Below are positions 30,101 to 38,407 of a stretch of 44,421 nucleotides of DNA, piece by piece (the first letter of the stretch is position 1; each line of letters starts with the position of its first letter). The notes below the pieces were generated by a model. It saw only the letters and a program-made list of their open reading frames with translations. It searched no databases and was not told where the DNA came from. The position numbers were made by a program, and so were the translations under genes. This DNA is from a virus (taxonomy: Duplodnaviria > Heunggongvirae > Uroviricota > Caudoviricetes): IMG/VR virus record IMGVR_UViG_2529292911_000009; one strand, given 5' to 3'.

Positions 30101-30300
30101 AGCCTGCTTCTCCTTGCCTTTCGGCACGTAAGAGGCTAACCTACATTTGTGAGACATAGATTGGGCCTCAGATTAATGTTAAGCGTCTTGCAGGACGCGT
30201 AATGTTAACTGGGGCTTTTCTCTATCTGCCTTTTGGTGTTCATGCCCGAGGCAGATAGCCTCAAGCACCCGCAGCAATTCTACTTAACTCTCCTTTTCCC
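30101..30300. other. hok mRNA leader with long hairpin and probable antisense Sok region
   Basis: Inverted repeat tctatctgcc...ggcagataga at about 30222-30262 in the expected leader position. The Sok promoter was not pinned down. Confidence 0.4.
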
Positions 30301-30360
30301 GCAAACCGTTTTTGCTCACCATGATAAGTCGTTATTGTAATTAATTGACATAACGATTAG

Positions 30361-31256
30361 TCAAAACTCAATTTTTTGCGCTGGTCTTGCATTTAATATC
30401 CAACATTCTTGATGAGTGTGGTGCGCAATCAATAAATTTTGTAGTTGTGTTTTTTTGGCTTTATAATTTAACTCATTTGTCGTATCAATTATCCAATTCC
30501 CTGTCCCCGAAGAAGCCAGTGCCATGAGTTTATTACACTCTGCATGCATATTAATTATCTCACCAAACATATCTGTTTTTGTTTTTTTATTCACAAAGTT
30601 AGTAAAAATACCAGCATGCTTATAAGAATCCATTACAGTATAACGGCCATCACCATCTATATCAGAAGGTTTTGACATCCATTTAAAAACATGAAGGAGA
30701 AAAATATTGGCCGTCCAAGGAAATTCATCTCCATCAAGAAACGTTTCAGTAGTCGCTATACTCAGACTCTCAGTAAGATTAGTCGCCCCAATTAAAACAA
30801 CCTCAGGCTCGCCATCCTTTCTTTTACCCGCCCCAACAAAATTGAACGTACCTGCATAACACTGTCCAAAATAAACAATAGCATTGTTTAAATTAGGTGC
30901 TCCTTTTAAAGCCTTGAGAAGTTGATGAGGAGTAATAGGATTTTTTGCATCCAGTCCTTGTGGGCAACCATGACCAGTAACAAACATTACTATGTTATTG
31001 TAGTTATTATCACGCAAGTCATTAAAGAAATCTGCTGATGCTTTTGACGCATAAGGATACTTCGAGGCTGATGAAAAAAATCATCAAAATTCCTGTTAGG
31101 GCTGTCAATATATATTGATATGTCTCGTGGATTTATACCGGCCTTCTCAAGACATAGCACGCCAAAAACAATATCCAAAACGTGGCGCGATTCAACTTCT
31201 TCTTTAGAACGAGGCAAAAACATAACCCATTTCGTACGCTCAGACCTAAGGCTCAT
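30361..31256 (-). pseudogene. caspase-like (clan CD) cysteine peptidase homolog, interrupted by a 1-nt indel in an A7 run
   Basis: ORFs 30990..31256 and 30361..31017 are one gene in two frames. Adding one A at plus 31074-31080 gives a continuous protein of about 298 aa with strand-helix alternation and His-Gly (IVMFVTGHG) and Cys (AIVYFGQCYAG) dyad strands. Low GC. Confidence 0.6.
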
Positions 31257-31296
31257 ACATATCCTTATGATTCGAATGTTTTAAGTTAAAATTTTG

Positions 31297-31590
31297 TTAA
31301 TATTTAGGAGGCATTGCATTACTGAAAGATGGTGGCTTTGGTATATCAATAAAGTAAAAAAGCTCATCGATGCTTAAATGTTCAGTAATTTGGGTGGACG
31401 TTATTTGCCCTCTTTCATTCAAACCAAATATTTCATCGCCAGTTTTCAGAAAAAACACCACTTCAAATGTTGTGGTTACTTCATGCGCATAAGATTTGAA
31501 CAGCATCCACTGCCCGAGATTCACACACTCTTTTACTGAATCAGAAGTATCAGGTAACGCTGACGACTGTAGCCCTGTGAATTTCATCAT
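31297..31590 (-). CDS. hypothetical protein, upstream partner of the caspase-like gene
   Basis: 97 aa, AAGGA RBS, AT-rich, preceded by a hairpin terminating the upstream operon. Confidence 0.5.
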   Translation of the reverse strand: MMKFTGLQSSALPDTSDSVKECVNLGQWMLFKSYAHEVTTTFEVVFFLKTGDEIFGLNERGQITSTQITEHLSIDELFYFIDIPKPPSFSNAMPPKY

Positions 31591-31786
31591 TTATCCTTAT
31601 GAATCCGCATACGACATTCTAACAACATGGTATTTTTACGAACACAAACTGTGTGGGCGAGTTACCGACCACACAGAGAAAATATAACTTTGTGCCTCCG
31701 TTTTCGTCAACCCCAGCGGCAAATCGAATACACCACCAGCGCCACCGCCATTGCAATTCCTACCGTTGTGAATGCTTCAGGCCAGG

Positions 31787-32131
31787 TCATCGCAAAACAT
31801 CCTCCGCGCTTATCAGTTCGTTCCGCTTCAGGTAGTCCATCGCCTTATCCGGCAATTTACAGTCCGGCTTCACTTTCCTCAGTTGCCAGGTTAACTGCTT
31901 TACCAGCATGGTTAACTCGTCGACCAGACGCTGATATCCCACTGGTTTGTATTCATGCAATTTACCGGCTGGCTCTGCTGCCAGCGATGCCAATGCGATT
32001 TCCAAAACAGCAATATCCATTTTATATGTGCGGATGATGTCATGGTCGATTGTGCCTGGTATGCACAGTCTCTGTGCTTCAATAGTCTCCTCTGCGTGAG
32101 TTATTAACTGCTCTCTGGTAAAAGTGGTCAT
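31787..32131 (-). CDS. hypothetical protein (nin-like region)
   Basis: 114 aa ORF in a co-oriented gene array; no family recognised. Confidence 0.45.
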   Translation of the reverse strand: MTTFTREQLITHAEETIEAQRLCIPGTIDHDIIRTYKMDIAVLEIALASLAAEPAGKLHEYKPVGYQRLVDELTMLVKQLTWQLRKVKPDCKLPDKAMDYLKRNELISAEDVLR

Positions 32132-32141
32132 GTGTTACTCC

Positions 32142-32405
32142 TTAACCCGCAGTGCTTTCAACTGATGAGGGGAACAAAATCTTTTCATCAAACCCTGCAT
32201 TCATATCATGAACAGCAACACACCAATCCACCGACGAACGATTATCAAGAGCCTCCATGATTTCATCCATGCGGCGTAGGTCATACAGGTAAATGTTTTT
32301 ATCGCCAATGGTGTAAAAGCCAATTTTTTTCGGTGATGGACAGCGATCAATGACGTCCTGTAATTCGTTCAACCATGCCTGTTCTTTTTTTGTCAAAGTT
32401 GCCAT
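32142..32405 (-). CDS. hypothetical protein
   Basis: Start at MATLTKK with AAGGAAAA RBS, abutting the upstream gene stop. Confidence 0.45.
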   Translation of the reverse strand: MATLTKKEQAWLNELQDVIDRCPSPKKIGFYTIGDKNIYLYDLRRMDEIMEALDNRSSVDWCVAVHDMNAGFDEKILFPSSVESTAG

Positions 32406-32406
32406 A

Positions 32407-32625
32407 TCAGTTTTCCTTATACGGATTAATTTTATTGTGCAGTGTGTTGAACGGGGCCCATACAACGTCGTTATACAATTCAATAACGGGCTCAATTACT
32501 TTTCCGATTATCCAGGCCAGTAATAGCGGGGATATCGGTATCATCAACACGATAAACAGAATGAGAAACAAAAATTCTGTCGCTCTACTTTTTCGCGGAT
32601 ATTCTTTTCTGAATAATGTAGGCAT
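32407..32625 (-). CDS. small membrane protein
   Basis: 72 aa with two hydrophobic helices; RBS AAGGAGAG-TGAT-ATG. Confidence 0.45.
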   Translation of the reverse strand: MPTLFRKEYPRKSRATEFLFLILFIVLMIPISPLLLAWIIGKVIEPVIELYNDVVWAPFNTLHNKINPYKEN

Positions 32626-32626
32626 A

Positions 32627-32842
32627 TCACTCTCCTTTGTTGCTCCTCAAAATTTTATGCCCTGGCGCAAAAGCACGCGTTTTGTCGGCGCTTATTCGCC
32701 ACCCATCTTTACGTGCCTCTTTTGCACAGCCAGCCCATGACGTACCGATATACTCACCAAAATCTGGCGACTTATATTTGCCATTTGTACACTGGAGGCA
32801 ATCACAATAGAGATGCATGGTGTAACTTGCAGCGATAGCCAT
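32627..32842 (-). CDS. small Cys-rich (zinc-ribbon-like) protein
   Basis: 71 aa from MAIAASY with CDCLQC...C motif; same AAGGAGAGTGAT-ATG start context as the next gene. Confidence 0.45.
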   Translation of the reverse strand: MAIAASYTMHLYCDCLQCTNGKYKSPDFGEYIGTSWAGCAKEARKDGWRISADKTRAFAPGHKILRSNKGE

Positions 32843-32843
32843 A

Positions 32844-33034
32844 TCACTCTCCTTTAGTACGCAAGTGGTTTTTCCAGCGGTTTTGCGCCGCGCTGCGCTT
32901 ATCTTTGACTCCCTCTCTGGCAATTCCAGAATATAAGTACAACACCACACGGCGATTGCTAACTCTCAACCACTGGCTGGGATGGCAACGTCTGTATACA
33001 CGGGAAATAAGCATCTTTGCTTTACGGTTTTTCA
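32844..33034 (-). CDS. small basic protein, paralog B (MKNRKAK family)
   Basis: 63 aa from MKNRKAKMLIS; shares N-terminus and SNRR / AAQNR motifs with the adjacent paralog. Confidence 0.45.
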
Positions 33035-33214
33035 TCGTACTGCGTACCCTTTCTTCCGCCTGTTCTGTGCCGCGGTAGGCTTTTTGCAAAAACCACAATC
33101 CATCATCCCGTAATGTTTCATTAACCCCATCCGTCGGTTGCTGAGTCTCACCCACTGCCAGACGCCAGGAGCGTTTCTACGAACTAACAGAATCTTTGCT
33201 TTACGGTTTTTCAT
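33032..33214 (-). CDS. small basic protein, paralog A (MKNRKAK family)
   Basis: 60 aa, MKNRKAKILLVRR...VRLSNRR...AAQNRRKK; GGAGAA RBS. Confidence 0.45.
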   Translation of the reverse strand: MKNRKAKILLVRRNAPGVWQWVRLSNRRMGLMKHYGMMDCGFCKKPTAAQNRRKKGYAVR

Positions 33215-33338
33215 CGTTTTATTCTCCGATTAGTTCAGCCATTTTTATTACCGCCCTTTCGGGCGGCCTCCGGATGATTTGAGGGTGCAGAAATCCCTCC
33301 GGTTAAGGATTTGATTTTATTTACAGTGCTAAATTTAA

Positions 33339-33695
33339 TTATTCAGTTATGGATTTTGTCGCCCTGCGTATCCGCGCTTTCGCGTTACGCTCAATCTGAA
33401 TTAACTTTTCTATATTTTTCCGCCTTTCCTGTTCCTCCTGGCGCAATAGCTTTACATCATCTGCCAGCCTGGTTTCTCTTTTCGCCACAGAGAGCATCCA
33501 GTCAAATGGCTCCACAACTGCACCGCAGATTTTACAGCGGACCTGGCGCTCTTTTTCGTCAACCCGGACAGAGGCGTGATGGCAGTATGGTCTTTCCGAT
33601 GGCTCATAAAGAAAATTAACCTGATTACGTGGGTCATCCTCTTTTACCGGAAATAAAACAATATTACTTAACTCATCTTCTGGTTTTATTTCCAT
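33339..33695 (-). CDS. hypothetical protein with CxxC motif
   Basis: Start at MEIKPED with AGGAGAGGAG RBS; C-terminal basic helix. Confidence 0.45.
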   Translation of the reverse strand: MEIKPEDELSNIVLFPVKEDDPRNQVNFLYEPSERPYCHHASVRVDEKERQVRCKICGAVVEPFDWMLSVAKRETRLADDVKLLRQEEQERRKNIEKLIQIERNAKARIRRATKSITE

Positions 33696-33764
33696 GCTCC
33701 TCTCCTTTGATGCGAATGCCAGCGGCAATTGAAGCCTGATAGCTAATTTCACTCACAGCACCAC

Positions 33765-34175
33765 CTACTGAAAATTCCCCTGATAAAACGACAATATGCG
33801 CTGCATAACTTCGCTCTTCCGGCACTCGCGACAGATTATGTTTAGGCGACTGTCGTAGCGACGTATTTCTCCGTCAGGTAATGACCAGATAAGGTCCGGA
33901 TCAACCACAACCGGTTTCTTCAGCTTTGCCCTCGATAATTTTTTGCGGGCATTTTGCCAGTCCTTACGAGCCTGTTCAGACGGAAATAACCCGTAACCAG
34001 AGTTGTATACATCGCCACTAGCAACCAGCTCTCTGGCAAGAACGCTCATCAGATATCTTGTCGCACCTGTTTTGACTTCCAGTTGCCGTAACGTCTCACG
34101 CCCACTCTGGCGTACGAGTTCAACAACCTGCCCTTTAATTTTTTCTCGCTCTTCTTGTGTAAAAACTTTTGCCAC
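33765..34175 (-). CDS. hypothetical protein downstream of the replication gene
   Basis: 136 aa ORF in operon position after the O-like gene; no helicase-loader motifs seen. Confidence 0.45.
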   Translation of the reverse strand: MAKVFTQEEREKIKGQVVELVRQSGRETLRQLEVKTGATRYLMSVLARELVASGDVYNSGYGLFPSEQARKDWQNARKKLSRAKLKKPVVVDPDLIWSLPDGEIRRYDSRLNIICRECRKSEVMQRILSFYQGNFQ

Positions 34176-34215
34176 AAGTCCTCCTGAAAATTACCTCATG
34201 ACCAGAAATTAACAC

Positions 34216-35298
34216 TTACCCCCTGAAGCCCGGTGGAATTTCGGTATCCGGTTCAGAAATATGATTCACACAACGCTGGTTGTTCGTGCCGCTTACCGGG
34301 AGCAGCCAGGGGTTTTCAAAATTCCGGTCCGGTCCAAAAAACGTCGTCGCTCGCTGAACAAATTCCGTTCCCGTTTTCCCGGTAGCCGCAAGGTATCTTG
34401 CGTAACGCCTCACGCCATCCAGCATGGCCTCTGGTGACACCCCCTCGCGTAATCTGGCCTTCCAAGCACTGAAAGCGGATTTCTTCGGGTTTGCCCCAGC
34501 ACGCAACGGGTATTCCCGCCAGACCTGTTCGAACACATCCGGATAATCCACTCGTCCCACAGGCTGCCCGGTGTTTTCCGGGACTACCCGATCGGCTTCC
34601 CGCTGAATGGCGGAATCGGCTTCAGGCTGCTGCAGTTGGTGTGATTGCTCCGGCCTTGCGGTCATCACCTGCTGCACAGCGCCCGAATCGGCTTTCAGCG
34701 CATACGCTGAATCGGCTTCCGGTGTCGTGCCTGCTGGCTGACCAAGATTGACGGTCTGAACATCCCCTGCCTGGTTCGTGGCGTTTTTTACGCCATGGAC
34801 CATAGTGTTTTGATCTTCTTGATCTGTATCTGTATCTTTATCTGTATCTTTATCTGTCGTGACTCGTCGTGACATGTGCGTGACATTTCGTGACGCGCCG
34901 TGACAATCGCCATTTTGTTCCCGCTTTCTTTCCCTCTCTCGCTGCGCCCTCTTGCGCTCTGCAGGAGATTTTGCGGTTTGCGAAATATTGCCGTTGTCCT
35001 CTTTAAGCACCTGGCGTTTTTCCCATCCAGTGATTAAATCACCATCAAGTACCCGCCCCTGCATCGTCTGCAAAATTGAATCAATTACCTCTTCTGTCAC
35101 GTCGAGCGCACTTGCCAAATCTTCTGTCGTGACATCAATGTGACCTCGCGTGACATTTCGTGACGCGCTCACCAGGAGGTGGATATACACTGCCATCACT
35201 GTTGCAATTGGCTGCCCTGACACCCTGGCAATTGTTCGCCACTTAGGGTCATTTGGCATGTCATGCCATAATCTGAGCCAGGCGTTAGCCATACTCAC
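34216..35298 (-). CDS. replication initiation protein (O-like replisome organizer) containing the iteron origin
   Basis: 360 aa. N-terminal domain MANAWLRLWHDMPNDPKWRTIARV is typical of phage replisome-organizer N domains. Acidic linker DKDTDKDTDTD is encoded by the iteron DNA. Confidence 0.7.
   Translation of the reverse strand: MSMANAWLRLWHDMPNDPKWRTIARVSGQPIATVMAVYIHLLVSASRNVTRGHIDVTTEDLASALDVTEEVIDSILQTMQGRVLDGDLITGWEKRQVLKEDNGNISQTAKSPAERKRAQRERERKREQNGDCHGASRNVTHMSRRVTTDKDTDKDTDTDQEDQNTMVHGVKNATNQAGDVQTVNLGQPAGTTPEADSAYALKADSGAVQQVMTARPEQSHQLQQPEADSAIQREADRVVPENTGQPVGRVDYPDVFEQVWREYPLRAGANPKKSAFSAWKARLREGVSPEAMLDGVRRYARYLAATGKTGTEFVQRATTFFGPDRNFENPWLLPVSGTNNQRCVNHISEPDTEIPPGFRG
34822..34910. 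repeat. iteron cluster (candidate ori) inside the replication gene
   Basis: Tandem tatctgtatcttta units followed by five cgtgac-containing repeats. Confidence 0.6.
35126..35170. repeat. second iteron-like cluster
   Basis: cgtgac repeats; the 20-mer gcgtgacatttcgtgacgcg at 35148-35167 is an exact copy of 34878-34897. Confidence 0.55.
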
Positions 35299-35363
35299 CT
35301 CTTCTGATACCGAATCTTTTTACTCACGAGTTGCCGGAAGCGATTCGATATGGCTATTGTCAG

Positions 35364-35789
35364 TCAATGTACTGCCACAGCATTTCCTGCCGGGCCACCA
35401 CGGTTCATCTGATTGAAACCGGCGATTGCCACTGCGACAAAATCATCAGCGTCTCTCACCAATCGCTCCCGCGTCTCCACCAGCTCCCGAAAATAAGCTG
35501 AACTGTGGCTGCGCATTCTGGCCACCAGCAAAGGTGGCATTGCCTTTTCGATCGCTGGTAACAACGCCTGAATTTTTTCAACTGCATCAGGGGTGTCTTT
35601 CTCTACCCAGCGGAAAATTTTCTGGGTATTGCGAGCCAAGGCTTCCGGATGGCTGTCGTCATACAGTTCCGGGAACGTCATTCCCAGCTCGAAATACGCT
35701 TTGGTAATTTTCGCAGCCGGTACTTTTTCGCCGTCCGGATGCGCCCAGGCATTCATCGCCATGCGGATGTGTTCATGCTTGATTTTCAT
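35364..35789 (-). CDS. YdaT-like protein (CII-type regulator candidate)
   Basis: 141 aa immediately downstream of the Cro-like gene; N-terminus MKIKHEHIRMAMNAWAHPDGEK resembles Rac YdaT as recalled. Confidence 0.5.
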   Translation of the reverse strand: MKIKHEHIRMAMNAWAHPDGEKVPAAKITKAYFELGMTFPELYDDSHPEALARNTQKIFRWVEKDTPDAVEKIQALLPAIEKAMPPLLVARMRSHSSAYFRELVETRERLVRDADDFVAVAIAGFNQMNRGGPAGNAVAVH

Positions 35790-36040
35790 GAATCAACTCC
35801 CATCAGCTTTTTCGTAGTAGTTTTATTCCTGCCAATAGTTAAAATTGCATCGGCAGAAAATAATCCGTTTGATGCAAGAGCGATTTTTTCAGCGTAATTT
35901 GTTTCGCCGGTATATTCTGTGCGAGGCAATTTTCCGTTATCCATCCATTTATAGATTGCTCTTTGGCTGACACCACAAACGTCGGCCACAACAGCAACGC
36001 GAACAGTTTTGATTACATCTTCAAGTGTTTTCTGGTTCAT
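35786..36040 (-). CDS. Cro/YdaS-like HTH regulator
   Basis: About 84 aa from MNQKT with HTH-like segment VADVCGVSQRAIYKWM; divergent from the repressor gene. Confidence 0.65.
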   Translation of the reverse strand: MNQKTLEDVIKTVRVAVVADVCGVSQRAIYKWMDNGKLPRTEYTGETNYAEKIALASNGLFSADAILTIGRNKTTTKKLMGVDS

Positions 36041-36119
36041 ATCACCCTCATAATGTGAACTTTGAGTACATGCTATAACAGAACTGACAGTACATTCAAG
36101 AGCGAATATCATTGAACTT
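36041..36119. promoter_or_regulatory. divergent promoter/operator region of the immunity switch
   Basis: 79-bp gap between divergent regulator genes with two AGTACAT motifs (36064, 36088). Confidence 0.5.
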
Positions 36120-36539
36120 ATGGTTCATGAAGATAAAGCGCGTAAAGAGTTCGCCAGTAGGCTTGCGCTAGCCTGTGAAAACGCTGGTTATGAACAACAT
36201 GGAAGGCAGGCAGAAATTGCCCGTCGAATGAAATTAACACCAAAAGCGGTTAGCAAATGGTTTAATGGCGAAACAATTCCTCGCCGGGAGAAATTAAGGG
36301 AATTAGCAACACTAATAGGAACAACACCAACCTATCTTTTGGGAGAGGATACAGAAGAAAGTGGACAGGTACGTTTCTATCAGGAGTTAAATCCAAGACA
36401 AAAAATCATCATTGACCTTCTGGACGAGCTCCCTGACAGTGAGACAGATGAACTTTTAAAAACTCTTGAAGAGAAAAAACAGAAGTACAATGCAATTTAC
36501 GAAGAGTTAGCACGAAAGAAAAAACAAAAAGCCTCTTAA
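36120..36539 (+). CDS. prophage repressor, RacR-like HTH protein
   Basis: 139 aa with HTH segment QAEIARRMKLTPKAVSKWF, divergently transcribed from the Cro-like gene. Confidence 0.65.
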   Translation: MVHEDKARKEFASRLALACENAGYEQHGRQAEIARRMKLTPKAVSKWFNGETIPRREKLRELATLIGTTPTYLLGEDTEESGQVRFYQELNPRQKIIIDLLDELPDSETDELLKTLEEKKQKYNAIYEELARKKKQKAS

Positions 36540-36833
36540 ACCAGCATAAATCCGGTAGCGCCTTCCTCCGGGTTTGTGCTTCACTTTATCCCATCTCATT
36601 TTTTTACACACAGAATGTACTAAAAGTACTTTACAACAATGAACGCAAAGTACATTATATACCTGCCACCCACCCCGCCCCACAGAATGCAGGGCAATAC
36701 TTCGAGTTACCAGGCAGTGGTCAGGGGTTAAGTAGCCAGCCCGAGGCGTAAGAACATGACGGCAGGGTTCAACTTTAATAACTATGCAGCAGGTTTTTGT
36801 TCCGCTACCCCGGCGTTAAGGGGAAATGAGGTC

Positions 36834-36992
36834 AGCATGGATACTATCAATCTTGGCAACAGCGAATCTCTGGTATGTGGCGTGTTCCCCAACCAGGACG
36901 GTACGTTCACCGCAATGACGTATACCAAAAGCAAAACGTTTAAAACCGAATCTGGAGCGCGTCGCTGGCTGGAAAGAAATTCAGGTGGGTGA
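36834..36992 (+). CDS. small protein, YdaF-like
   Basis: About 52 aa from MDTINLG; resembles the Rac early-left small gene as recalled. Confidence 0.4.
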   Translation, partial: SMDTINLGNSESLVCGVFPNQDGTFTAMTYTKSKTFKTESGARRWLERNSGG

Positions 36993-36993
36993 T

Positions 36994-37122
36994 ATGGATT
37001 TCGACACAATCATGGAAAAGGCTTACGAAGAATACTTCGAAGGCCTTGCCGAAGGCGAAGAAGCTCTCAGCTTCAGTGAGTTTAAACAGGCGCTTTCCAG
37101 CTCGGCAAAATCTAACGGCTGA
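36994..37122 (+). CDS. small acidic protein, YdaG-like
   Basis: 42 aa ORF MDFDTIMEKAYEEYFEGLAEGEEALSFSEFKQALSSSAKSNG read directly from DNA; start overlaps the upstream stop. Below the ORF-track size cutoff. Confidence 0.4.
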   Translation: MDFDTIMEKAYEEYFEGLAEGEEALSFSEFKQALSSSAKSNG

Positions 37123-37151
37123 TAAGCGAAGCAACACCGCGAGGAATCAGT

Positions 37152-37370
37152 ATGCAGAAACGAGAACCCGTCATCATCGCGCCAGATTATACCGATGATG
37201 AACTTTATGAGTGGATGCGCCAGAAAATTAATGCAGCGCAGGATCTGAAATGGGCCAATGAAGCCAGGGCTAAGCAGGCTGAAAATCTGTCCGCTCTGGA
37301 GCAGGATATCACCAGGCTGGAAAAAGCAGCGGCATTAAGCATTGCCAGAATGATTACATACCCGCGTTAA
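37152..37370 (+). CDS. small hypothetical early protein (KilR-position candidate)
   Basis: 72 aa ORF with coiled-coil-like C-terminus; GAGGAA RBS. Confidence 0.4.
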   Translation: MQKREPVIIAPDYTDDELYEWMRQKINAAQDLKWANEARAKQAENLSALEQDITRLEKAAALSIARMITYPR

Positions 37371-37399
37371 TAGCTAACCAACGAAGCTAAGGTTGGTAA

Positions 37400-37935
37400 T
37401 TAAGGAGTTCTCCACGGGTGAGGTGGAGTGCGTGCGCCGGACACGGGTGAGCATCCGGCACTGACAGTTTACTGAAAGGATATTTCCATGAAAAGTCAGA
37501 CCATAACGCGAAAGCGCACGGCGAGGTAGCTGGTTCATAGATAGCCTGTCGTTAAATTTTCGTCGGCCGTGCGCTTCCGGTTGTGGCACTCCGCGAAATG
37601 GCGCGGCGGTAAGTATGGCGGGGTTATTCCTTCCCCGTTGAGGACACCTGGTTGTCAGGTTGACCATACGCTTAAGTGACAACCCCGCTGCAACGCCCTC
37701 TGTTATCAATTTTCTGGTGACGTTTGGCGGTATCAGTTTTACTCCGTGACTGCTCTGCCGCCCTTTTTAAAGTGAATTTTGTGATGCGGTGAATGCGGCT
37801 AAGCGCACGCGGAACAGTTAAAACCAAAAACAGTGTTATGGGTGGATTCTCTGTATCCGGCGTTAATTGTTAACTGGTTAACGTCACCTGGAGGCACCAG
37901 GCACCGCATCACAAAACTCATTGTTGAGGGCGCGA
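37400..37935. other. structured GC-rich noncoding region with nested hairpins and a long-range 15-nt inverted repeat
   Basis: No credible ORF. 14-bp hairpin 37509-37522 / 37566-37579; exact inverted repeat ttttgtgatgcggtg (37777-37791) / caccgcatcacaaaa (37902-37916); GTTAAC-TG-GTTAAC palindrome. Confidence 0.5.
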
Positions 37936-37937
37936 TA

Positions 37938-38126
37938 ATGAAAACGTTATTACCAAACGTTAATACGTCTGAAGGTTGTTTTGAAATTGGTGTCACTATC
38001 AGTAATCCTGTATTTACTGAAGATGCCATTAACAAAAGAAAACACGAACGGGAGTTATTAAATAAAGTATGCATTGTTTCAATGCTGGCCCGTTTACGTC
38101 TGATGCCAAAAGGATGTGCACAATGA
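37938..38126 (+). CDS. small hypothetical protein
   Basis: 62 aa from MKTLLPN with GAGGG RBS; first gene after the structured region. Confidence 0.45.
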   Translation: MKTLLPNVNTSEGCFEIGVTISNPVFTEDAINKRKHERELLNKVCIVSMLARLRLMPKGCAQ

Positions 38127-38314
38127 ATCCAGTATTTGCACTTATTCTGACGGTTTTTCTTGTTTCCGGAGAGCCAGTTGATATTGCAGTCAGTGTTCAC
38201 AGAACAATGCAGGAATGTATGGCAGCAGCAACCGAACAGAAAATTCCAGGCAACTGTTATCCGGTCGATAAAGTTATTCACCAGGATAATAACGAAATCC
38301 CGGCAGGTCTTTAA
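38123..38314 (+). CDS. small secreted/membrane protein
   Basis: 63 aa from MNPVFALILTVFLVSG (signal-like N-terminus) with AAGGA RBS; start overlaps the upstream stop. Confidence 0.45.
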   Translation: MNPVFALILTVFLVSGEPVDIAVSVHRTMQECMAAATEQKIPGNCYPVDKVIHQDNNEIPAGL

Positions 38315-38407
38315 AACAGCACCGTAATAAATATCCAGTTTCATTCTTATATGTCAGCAATGGCAGAGATTTGTTCACCCTTAAATCTGTGATGAGGTTT
38401 ACCAATA

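Noticed and set aside
37374-37709. 111-aa minus-strand ORF
   Set aside because: Falls in the structured GC-rich noncoding region; Arg-rich, no RBS, opposite to the local operon direction. Treated as noncoding.
37777-37916. Possible retron msr/msd element suggested by 15-nt terminal inverted repeats
   Set aside because: No reverse transcriptase gene nearby; downstream genes are small proteins and the RecE-like gene. Kept only as an unexplained structured region.
37799-38344. 181-aa minus-strand ORF
   Set aside because: Antisense to two compact plus-strand genes that have RBSs and coupled start/stop; odd Cys/Asn-rich composition.
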